A DNA stretch of 32,000 nt from Pseudoalteromonas translucida KMM 520 (GTDB taxonomy: Bacteria; Pseudomonadota; Gammaproteobacteria; Enterobacterales; Alteromonadaceae). The position numbers were made by a program, and so were the translations under genes. Where the stretch lies: positions 3,210,001-3,242,000 of the forward strand of contig NZ_CP011034.1 of the NCBI RefSeq assembly GCF_001465295.1. Reading direction: 5' to 3'. A model generated the notes under the pieces. It was not told the origin of the DNA and did not search any database. It worked only from the letters and a program-made list of their open reading frames with translations. Positions 25,957-32,000 of this stretch are shown here, one piece after another. The stretch's first letter is position 1; every line of letters starts with the position of its first letter.

Positions 25957-27189
25957 TTAACCACGACGCCCATCAACACGACGCTGTGTTAAAATAGGTG
26001 TGCAGTGAATTAAAAATAATAAAAAGGCGATTAGCCACAGCCCAGCACTTAGCTGCCAAGCTAGGTGTGGCCCAATAACAAAAGGCAGTAAAGAGCGAGT
26101 AATCCCAGCCACTAACACTAAAGCAAAAGCAACCGCCATATAATGTGGAATAGTCAAAGAGCGCCCGGTATGACCATGAGATACGCGTGTCATCATGGCT
26201 AAAATCATCATCCCAATGGTACTAATGGTAATGAGGTGCAATGCATCTTTAAATAAAATAACACTGCTGTAAAAGCTCACGGCTACCAGCATTAAACCAA
26301 CACCGAGTGCCAAGTACGAAAAATGCAAAGACCATAACAAAGGAACTTTAAGTACGTTTTTATCCCACCAATAAAAACTGCGGATTAAATGCAGCACAGC
26401 AACAACAGCAAGTGCCCAACCTGGGTTTAGCTGGTTAAAAAACAACTGACTAAGAAAAAATACCGCAATACTAAAAACGCTCATATACAGTAATACTGAG
26501 TCAACGTTAGCTGTACGTACCTGCGCTGTTAAACCAAGGCCTTTACTGGTAAAAAATGGCAATACACGCCCTGCTACTATGCCAATTAATAAGGTCATCA
26601 GTAATACTGCTGTATCAACAATGGCGAGCGAAAACTGCATTTTTTGTTCAATCAGCATGGCCAAGTAAACAATATTTAACGTACACAGCGCCGCTAACAG
26701 CACTAAAAATTGATAGTTATTTTTGCTTTTAGCGGTTAATAACATATTAGCTAATGCTGCAATAACACCTAGCCACCATGCGAGCTGTAACACTAACACC
26801 GCATATAAATTAAACTGTGCAAAAGCAGGCAAATACACAAAAAATGCACCTCGCGCCCCAAGCCATAGCAGCGTTAATAGCATTAATTTTTTGCCACTAA
26901 TGCTAGGTACTCCAGTCCAAGTTTGCGCGGCGGTAAGTAAAAAACCCACCGCAACAACACCTGCAAAACCAAATAACATTTCGTGGGCATGCCATAATGT
27001 AGCGGGAATTGTTAACTGCCAAGTTGCACTACCCGTTAAAATTAGTAACCAGTAGCCTATTGAACTAAAGGCCAACAAGCCTGCGGCTAAAAAATAGGGT
27101 CTAAATGGCAGCATCCATACTGGCCACTGCGTTATTTGGTAAAAGCGAATATTAGCCGGTACCGGCTGAGATAAATTAATAGGTCGCAT
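25957..27189 (-). CDS. nnrS: NnrS family heme-copper membrane protein
   Basis: A polytopic protein with FRPYFL near the N-terminus and conserved His residues. The ATG at 27189 has GGGGAAGGAAG upstream and overlaps the upstream ORF's stop as TAATG. The track start at 27228 is probably too long. Confidence 0.88.
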   Translation of the reverse strand: MRPINLSQPVPANIRFYQITQWPVWMLPFRPYFLAAGLLAFSSIGYWLLILTGSATWQLTIPATLWHAHEMLFGFAGVVAVGFLLTAAQTWTGVPSISGKKLMLLTLLWLGARGAFFVYLPAFAQFNLYAVLVLQLAWWLGVIAALANMLLTAKSKNNYQFLVLLAALCTLNIVYLAMLIEQKMQFSLAIVDTAVLLMTLLIGIVAGRVLPFFTSKGLGLTAQVRTANVDSVLLYMSVFSIAVFFLSQLFFNQLNPGWALAVVAVLHLIRSFYWWDKNVLKVPLLWSLHFSYLALGVGLMLVAVSFYSSVILFKDALHLITISTIGMMILAMMTRVSHGHTGRSLTIPHYMAVAFALVLVAGITRSLLPFVIGPHLAWQLSAGLWLIAFLLFLIHCTPILTQRRVDGRRG

Positions 27190-27458
27190 TAACGAACTTC
27201 CTTCCCCATGCCATGCAGTGCTATACAACGCAGCACATAGCTAATTTTTAAAATAGCAGCAATAACAATAGTGCTAATATGTGCCGAAATTTGCACCGGT
27301 ATAGAAAAGTAATCGGCAAAAGGGTAGCTAATTAAAATACTGGTTATTAGTAATGCACAACTAGCTGCTAATAATGAGTTTGCCACTCGCAATAGTTTTT
27401 TCAGTAAACAAGCTGTCTCAATTTTGTAGCTTGGATTATGTATAACCAATGTGTCCAT
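27189..27458 (-). CDS. Small membrane protein (89 aa, 2 TM), first gene of the nnrS-hmp operon
   Basis: ATG with GAGG 6 nt upstream. It has two hydrophobic helices. Its stop is coupled (TAATG) to the best nnrS start. It lies directly downstream of the sigma54-like element and the NorR boxes. Confidence 0.55.
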   Translation of the reverse strand: MDTLVIHNPSYKIETACLLKKLLRVANSLLAASCALLITSILISYPFADYFSIPVQISAHISTIVIAAILKISYVLRCIALHGMGKEVR

Positions 27459-27493
27459 AACGGCCTCAACAACTAATGCGCTTAACTATCTAT

Positions 27494-27510
27494 TACACAT
27501 ATCGTGCCAA
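27494..27510 (-). promoter_or_regulatory. Candidate sigma54 (-24/-12) promoter
   Basis: The minus strand reads TTGGCACGATATGTGTA. The -24 element TGGCACG is perfect and the spacing is correct, but the -12 element is GTGTA rather than TTGCA (GT in place of the conserved GC). Confidence 0.4.
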
Positions 27511-27563
27511 TAAAATAAACATATACATTTCAATAAACTAACTTATTCACCTTTGCTTTTTGT

Positions 27564-27574
27564 GTCTTTATGAC
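27564..27574. promoter_or_regulatory. NorR-type box GT-N7-AC (GTCTTTATGAC)
   Basis: An inverted repeat GTC-N5-GAC about 60 nt upstream of the -24 element. It fits the GT-(N7)-AC NorR core. Confidence 0.5.
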
Positions 27575-27606
27575 CTACCATAAATCAAATTTAAAAACAC
27601 ACATGA

Positions 27607-27617
27607 GTCATTTTGAC
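27607..27617. promoter_or_regulatory. NorR-type box GT-N7-AC (GTCATTTTGAC)
   Basis: A second GTC-N5-GAC dyad whose centre is 43 bp from the first. It abuts the ATG at 27618. Confidence 0.5.
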
Positions 27618-29204
27618 ATGAGTAGCGCAATTAACCTCACTGCTGTAGCGGTAAAGCTGGCTCAAAGCACATTAGATAAAAACTGTTTTGAGCAATTATT
27701 GACTGTCCTTGAAACAGTGATTACCAGTGATGCCAGCGCACTGCTTGAGCTACAAGGTGAGCAGCTCAAGCCACTTGCTATTAAAGGCTTAATGCCAGAT
27801 AGCCTGGGGCGGCGTTTTAAGCTTAATGAGCACCCGCGCTTAGAAGCTATTTGTAATACTCAGCAACCACTGCAATTTGCCCATGACTGCCCATTGCCCG
27901 ATCCGTACGACGGCTTGCTGCTAGCAAAAACTGGCGACATTCCGGTACACGCCTGCTTAGGCTTACCCTTATTCGATCAACAACAGTTATTAGGTGTGAT
28001 TACGTTTGACAGCCTAAATGCCAATGCCTTTAACGCTATTAGTGCGCAAACGCTTAGCACCTTACAGACGCTATGCAGCGCACATTTTAAAACGGCATTA
28101 CAGCTGGCTCATTACAAATTACATGCCCAGCATTCCAGCGCCTTAGTGCAAGAGCTTAACCGCGAAGCACTCACCCGTGATGGCGGCGAAATTATTGGTC
28201 AAAGCTCAGCAATACAAGCACTTAAAAATGATATAAAACTTGTCGCCGCCTCTAATTTTAGTGTGTTAATTTTAGGCGAAACCGGCGTAGGCAAAGAGCT
28301 GGTTGCACGTAATATTCATTTACACTCTAAACGCAGTGAGCAGCCACTTATTCATTTAAACTGTGCTTCGCTTGCTGAAAACCTCGCCGAAAGTGAGTTT
28401 TTTGGCCATGCTAAAGGCGCTTTTACTGGGGCAGATCATGCGCGCCAAGGTAAGTTTCAGCTAGCGCACGGTGGTACTTTATTTTTAGACGAAATAGGCG
28501 AGCTACCACTGGTACTACAAAGTAAATTGCTACGGGTATTACAAAGTGGCGAAATACAAACAGTAGGCGAAGACGAAGTGAAATATGTTGATGTGCGGGT
28601 TATTGCTGCTACTAATCGTAATTTAAAAAAAGAAGTAGCCGAAGGACGCTTTAGAGCCGATTTATATCATAGATTAAGTGTTTACCCGCTAACGGTAGCG
28701 CCGTTACGCCAGCGTGAAAACGATGTGGTTTTATTAGCTGGTTTTTTTGTTGAGCAAACCGCCCGAAAATTAGCAATAAAACAACTTAAGTTAAGTGTCG
28801 ATGCACAATTATTGTTAACCCAATATCAGTGGCCGGGTAACGTACGAGAGCTTGAGCATGTAATTAGCCGCGCAGCACTAAAGGCCAAACAAAGCCAATG
28901 GCAACAAGCCATTATTACCATAAAGCCCGAGCACTGTGAGCTAAACCTTAGCGCTGGTAATACAACACAGTTACCATTACCTGCTAATACCACAAACACC
29001 ACCACTGGCAGTAGCACCAACATAGCAGAGCAAAATTTATCACTTAAGCAAGCAACCGATACCTTTACCCATCATTTAATTAGTCAGCAGCTTGAGCTAC
29101 ATAATTATAACTGGGCAAGTGCAGCACGCACCTTAAAAGTAGATCGTGCAAACTTAGTTCGCTTGGCTAAGCGCTTAGGTATTTCAGTCAAAAAGTCGCT
29201 ATAA
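27618..29204 (+). CDS. norR: Anaerobic nitric oxide reductase-type transcription regulator NorR (sigma54 enhancer-binding protein)
   Basis: GAF domain (DASALL.., GHPRLEAI-like HPRLEAI, LPDPYDGL, HACLGLPL), AAA+ domain (GETGVGKE, GAFTGA, ELEH) and a C-terminal HTH, collinear with E. coli NorR. The ATG at 27618 aligns best with the E. coli N-terminus. Alternatives are ATGs at 27570 and 27603. Confidence 0.95.
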   Translation: MSSAINLTAVAVKLAQSTLDKNCFEQLLTVLETVITSDASALLELQGEQLKPLAIKGLMPDSLGRRFKLNEHPRLEAICNTQQPLQFAHDCPLPDPYDGLLLAKTGDIPVHACLGLPLFDQQQLLGVITFDSLNANAFNAISAQTLSTLQTLCSAHFKTALQLAHYKLHAQHSSALVQELNREALTRDGGEIIGQSSAIQALKNDIKLVAASNFSVLILGETGVGKELVARNIHLHSKRSEQPLIHLNCASLAENLAESEFFGHAKGAFTGADHARQGKFQLAHGGTLFLDEIGELPLVLQSKLLRVLQSGEIQTVGEDEVKYVDVRVIAATNRNLKKEVAEGRFRADLYHRLSVYPLTVAPLRQRENDVVLLAGFFVEQTARKLAIKQLKLSVDAQLLLTQYQWPGNVRELEHVISRAALKAKQSQWQQAIITIKPEHCELNLSAGNTTQLPLPANTTNTTTGSSTNIAEQNLSLKQATDTFTHHLISQQLELHNYNWASAARTLKVDRANLVRLAKRLGISVKKSL

Positions 29205-29209
29205 AATAG

Positions 29210-29440
29210 CTATAAAATCGTCAGTTCGTCTAAATTAGGGGCTTTGCAACAAGTAGCCCCCAGCAGGTTAGCAAGCGATTGATAGTACGGCGAAAAATAC
29301 AGCAACACTTCACAATGCAGCCCACTTTTTGCGTAATATTTAACGTAAAGTGGTGCGTTGGTAGCCATTGCTAGCTGTTTTATTTTAGCCAGCTCTGCAT
29401 CTGCAAACATAGCATCACCTAAGTTTTTATAATGCCACAT
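29210..29440 (-). CDS. Hypothetical 76-aa protein translationally coupled to the LysR gene
   Basis: Its ATG overlaps the LysR stop as TAATG. I recognise no family and it contains a CC pair. Coding status is uncertain. Confidence 0.4.
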   Translation of the reverse strand: MWHYKNLGDAMFADAELAKIKQLAMATNAPLYVKYYAKSGLHCEVLLYFSPYYQSLANLLGATCCKAPNLDELTIL

Positions 29441-30336
29441 TAGCTTACTTTATATGTTTGAAAATAGGTTTTTAACAGCTGGCTAAATGCCTGCACTTTT
29501 GCGGTACGATGCACTAAATGATGCGTTACTAGCCATATATCAGTACACCAGATTAATTCATTAGATAAAATGGGTACTAAATTAGCGTATTGAGCCGCAA
29601 CATTGTGCTGTAACCCACCAATTCCTAAGCCTTTTATTACAGCGCGAGTAGCTTCTGAGGTTTCTGACACACGTAGTTTTATTTGCGGCGCTGCAATATG
29701 CTGATCTACCCATTCAAAATACGGCACCCGCGCATTAAAGCCCGCCACGCCAGAAATAAAGTTATGCTGCTGTAAATCACTCAGTGATTTAGGCATACCG
29801 TATTTATTAATATATCGCTGATTAGCATATAAACCCGAGTTAAGCTGAGCCAAATGCTGTGCAATATAGTCGCCTTCATCGGGCCTTGGCCCTACACGTA
29901 CGGCAATGTGCGCCTGACCGTGATCGAGCCGTAAACGCTTTTGTTCTAAAATCATCTCAAGTTGCACTTGTGGATGTAGCGCCTGAAATTGCTCGCACAC
30001 ATCGCCAAGCACATCCATAAAGCCACTAACCGTAGTTAACAGTAAACTGCCGCGCAGTGTGCTATCGGCGGCCGCAATATCATTATGTAACTGCTCAAGC
30101 GAATTATCGATCACTTGTGCGGTATTAAACAACTTTGCGCCTGTTTCTGTTGCTTTATAGCCACGAGCATGGCGATGAAACAAACGTGTGTTTAAGTTTT
30201 TTTCAAGATTATTAATTCGCCTAAGCACTGTACTATGGTGCACATTAAGTGCCTCTGCCGCCGCAGTTAAGGTACCTAAACGTGCAACCTCAAAAGCCAC
30301 TTTAACATCTTGCCAATCTTCAAACTTAACCGCCAT
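29440..30336 (-). CDS. LysR family transcriptional regulator
   Basis: N-terminal wHTH (FEVARLGTLTAAAEALNVHHSTVLRRINNLE) followed by a substrate-binding domain. The ATG at 30336 has GAGGTGG upstream. The track start at 30363 is probably too long. Confidence 0.9.
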   Translation of the reverse strand: MAVKFEDWQDVKVAFEVARLGTLTAAAEALNVHHSTVLRRINNLEKNLNTRLFHRHARGYKATETGAKLFNTAQVIDNSLEQLHNDIAAADSTLRGSLLLTTVSGFMDVLGDVCEQFQALHPQVQLEMILEQKRLRLDHGQAHIAVRVGPRPDEGDYIAQHLAQLNSGLYANQRYINKYGMPKSLSDLQQHNFISGVAGFNARVPYFEWVDQHIAAPQIKLRVSETSEATRAVIKGLGIGGLQHNVAAQYANLVPILSNELIWCTDIWLVTHHLVHRTAKVQAFSQLLKTYFQTYKVS

Positions 30337-30365
30337 ACTGTGCCACCTCAAACTTATGTGCATAT

Positions 30366-30384
30366 ACGCACATAAATGTTGCGT
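30366..30384. promoter_or_regulatory. Dyad ACGCA-N9-TGCGT upstream of the LysR gene (candidate operator)
   Basis: A perfect 5-bp inverted repeat 30-48 nt upstream of the preferred LysR start. It could occur by chance. Confidence 0.25.
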
Positions 30385-30440
30385 TTATTCGGGTTTTCTT
30401 CAAGTCATTTTTTGTTAAAGTAGCCCCATATTATCTACAT

Positions 30441-30637
30441 TAACCTGAACTCTGGTTAAGAGATTTACTAACGTATTGAATCATAGTTATATTTAATTTT
30501 ATTTTCTCTAGCCAGAGGTTTTCAGTGAAAACAAGGCGAGTTTACGCGTCAATAGCTGGCCTATTGCAAGTAAATTCAACGCAGTTAGCGCTGAAAATAG
30601 CTGCTTGAGATAAGTTTATTATCCGGAGCTCAGGTTA
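30441..30637 (-). mobile_element. MITE-like TIR element, copy D (197 bp, inverted orientation)
   Basis: It is the reverse complement of copies A-C and has 5 substitutions relative to copy B. Confidence 0.8.
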
Positions 30638-30640
30638 CAT

Positions 30641-30672
30641 TAGCCCGAACTTTGGTTAAGAGATTTACTAAC
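30641..30672 (-). mobile_element. Solo terminus (remnant) of the same element
   Basis: tagcccgaactttggttaagagatttactaac matches 30441-30472 at 29 of 32 positions. It lies 3 nt after copy D and 18 nt before the FMN reductase ATG. Confidence 0.7.
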
Positions 30673-30690
30673 ACATTAGCAGGATAAACC

Positions 30691-31257
30691 ATGACAGCAC
30701 CAAAAATTATTGCTTTAGCAGGTAGTTTACGTAAAGACAGCTTTAATCAACAACTGATCAATGAAGCAGCACGCTTTGCATTAGAAAGTGGTGCAGAAGT
30801 AGAAATAATTAAACTTGCCGATTTAAATATCCCACTTTTTAATCAAGATATTGAAGCGCAAGGTACACCTGCCGATGTGCAGTTGTTAAAAGAGAAATTA
30901 CGTGCTGCAGATGGTATTTTATTAGCCAGCCCTGAGTACAATGGCTCTATTACTGCCGCGCTTAAAAATGCAATCGACTGGGCTTCTCGCACAGAGCAAG
31001 GTGCGGTACCTGCTTTTCGTAATAAAGTTGTGGCGTTATTTGCTGCATCGCCTGGTGGATTAGGTGGTCTACGTGGCTTAAACCACGTACGTGATATTTT
31101 AAGTGGTATTGGCTCATTAGTACTTGCCGATCAGCTAGCGGTACCGGCTGTGCATACTGTACTCGATGAAAACGGCCTAATTAATAACCCAAATACAGCA
31201 GAACAAGTGTCGGCATTAGCGCAACAATTAGTAACCGTTGCCAGCAAGCTTAGCTAA
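30691..31257 (+). CDS. NAD(P)H-dependent FMN reductase family oxidoreductase
   Basis: Flavodoxin-like N-terminus KIIALAGSLRKDSFN, SPEYNGS motif, AGGA RBS. It is divergent from the LysR gene. Confidence 0.88.
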   Translation: MTAPKIIALAGSLRKDSFNQQLINEAARFALESGAEVEIIKLADLNIPLFNQDIEAQGTPADVQLLKEKLRAADGILLASPEYNGSITAALKNAIDWASRTEQGAVPAFRNKVVALFAASPGGLGGLRGLNHVRDILSGIGSLVLADQLAVPAVHTVLDENGLINNPNTAEQVSALAQQLVTVASKLS

Positions 31258-31269
31258 CTAGCTAACACT

Positions 31270-31710
31270 CTATTTTGTCGCCGCAATTTTTGCGGCGATA
31301 AAATCTACATGAGTTACATATAACAAGCCTGCCACTTTACGTATTACGTACTCTTCTTGCGGATCAATCTCACCATCGGCATAGGCCAAGCGCCATAACA
31401 ACTCTATTATTTCAATGCGCTGCGCCGCACTACAATGTTGGTTAATTTGTTTTGAAAACTGAAAATAATCTGTCGCGCTATCCACGCTACTGTTTGCATT
31501 ATTTAGCAGCTCGTTTACGTCTGCATCGTTTAATGCAAAATAGCGTTTTAAGGTAGTTGTTAGAGTATGTTGTTCATTATCATCTAACTTAGCATCTGCG
31601 CGCATTACCTCAATTAATAATGCAGCAACCGCTGTTTTTAAATCATGCTCTTGCATACTTGGCTGTTGCTCATCGAATACAGAAAAAAGTTGTTTTATTT
31701 GTTTGAACAT
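31270..31710 (-). CDS. TerB family (tellurite resistance-like) protein
   Basis: 146 aa with the pattern ..AALLIEVMRADAKLDDNE.. and ..LLWRLAYADGEIDPQEE.., a duplicated TerB-type motif. The ATG at 31710 has AAGGGAAAG upstream. 31713 in the track is a GTG. Confidence 0.8.
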   Translation of the reverse strand: MFKQIKQLFSVFDEQQPSMQEHDLKTAVAALLIEVMRADAKLDDNEQHTLTTTLKRYFALNDADVNELLNNANSSVDSATDYFQFSKQINQHCSAAQRIEIIELLWRLAYADGEIDPQEEYVIRKVAGLLYVTHVDFIAAKIAATK

Positions 31711-31810
31711 CACACTTTCCCTTATTGGGTGTTAAACTTAATATAAATAAATAGCGCTTAATACTGATAGTATTAATGGGTATAAAGTTCGCAAATTAAA
31801 GGAATTATTT

Positions 31811-32000
31811 ATGCAAGGATTAAACATTAGCTTAGTTATTGGCGGTGCTTTGCTAGTTTGTGCAAGCGTAGGCACAGCTTTTGCCAAACAAGCAAAAACA
31901 GAAAAACTCTACGACTTTGATAATAAAGTACATTATTACCAAACAAAACTCGACGATAATAACTATAAAATAGAGATCCAGTCAGACGATTACAAACACT
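31811..32000 (+). CDS. Hypothetical secreted protein (3' partial, runs out of the window)
   Basis: ATG preceded by AAGGA. The N-terminus MQGLNISLVIGGALLVCASVGTAFA/KQ is signal-peptide-like. The frame is open to the end of the window. Confidence 0.5.
   Translation, partial: MQGLNISLVIGGALLVCASVGTAFAKQAKTEKLYDFDNKVHYYQTKLDDNNYKIEIQSDDYKH

Noticed and set aside
27189-27228. The longer nnrS N-terminus (MYSTAWHGEGSSL..) given in the ORF track.
   Set aside because: The internal ATG at 27189 has a strong SD and TAATG coupling to the upstream ORF. The 13-aa extension would overlap that ORF and has no RBS.
236-30418. Many 60-110 aa ORFs in the six-frame track lie inside or antisense to the genes above. 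Examples are 236-514, 1478-1687, 2123-2335, 2191-2406, 2361-2642, 2654-2947, 4602-4820, 5884-6072, 7870-8133, 8370-8555, 9440-9628, 12356-12541, 13104-13301, 14005-14199, 14618-14917, 16268-16561, 16546-16770, 16857-17226, 17461-17682, 19779-19964, 20642-20872, 21695-21922, 22594-22791, 24156-24341, 26723-27055, 28826-29023 and 30188-30418.
   Set aside because: Each overlaps a gene with strong family signatures on another frame or strand. Their compositions are biased by the sense gene; for example, the K-rich 2654-2947 ORF is antisense to an E/Q-rich region. They lack an RBS. They are treated as shadow ORFs.
31278-31298. Perfect 8-bp stem hairpin TCGCCGCA-atttt-TGCGGCGA just after the FMN reductase gene, considered as a terminator.
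   Set aside because: It lies inside the TerB-family coding 3' end (encoding ..IAAKIAAT..) and has no U-tract on either strand. At best it is a non-canonical terminator for the convergent pair, which the sequence alone does not support.
1-32000. A search for defence islands, toxin-antitoxin pairs, prophage or integrase genes, CRISPR arrays, and tRNA or rRNA genes.
   Set aside because: None was recognisable. Every large ORF has a housekeeping, respiratory or stress-response assignment, and no tRNA-like or rRNA-like sequence was noticed. The novelty candidates are therefore limited to the repeat family and the small uncharacterised ORFs.

Overview
This window looks like core chromosome of a marine gammaproteobacterium of about 40% GC. 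The gene content and order resemble Pseudoalteromonas or another member of the Alteromonadales, but that is inference only because no search was possible. All homology calls come from my own recognition of motifs and remembered E. coli sequences.

Gene content, left to right:
- tex (5' partial).
- A two-gene module of unknown function: an HExxH SprA-related protein plus a 102-aa protein built only from flagellar axial-protein terminal segments.
- bioH, comF/gntX, an M14 carboxypeptidase, nfuA, a small membrane protein, dinF-like MATE, and a polysaccharide deacetylase.
- A complete aa3-type cytochrome c oxidase biogenesis cluster on the minus strand: coxB-coxA-ctaG-coxC, an antisense DUF2909 gene, SURF1, a Sco-like protein, ctaA, cyoE, SCO.
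- lexA with two SOS boxes, an SRPBCC protein, a PaaI-type thioesterase, an orphan 126-aa ORF, cbpA-cbpM, and endA.
- A nitric-oxide module: norR divergent from (89-aa membrane ORF)-nnrS-hmp.
- A LysR regulator with a coupled 76-aa ORF, an FMN reductase, a TerB-family protein, and a 5'-partial secreted protein.

No rRNA, tRNA, CRISPR array, prophage, transposase or recognisable defence system was seen.

The most unusual signal is a family of four 93-99% identical, 197-199 bp elements bounded by terminal inverted repeats and TA (MITE-like), plus one 32-bp solo end. All are intergenic and no transposase lies in the window. One copy supplies a gene's stop codon. Another sits next to an older remnant in a LysR/FMN-reductase control region.

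Secondary points of interest are the D0-only axial-like protein with its HExxH partner, the unannotated small membrane ORF at the head of the NorR-type operon, and a second divergent Sco-like protein in the cox cluster.
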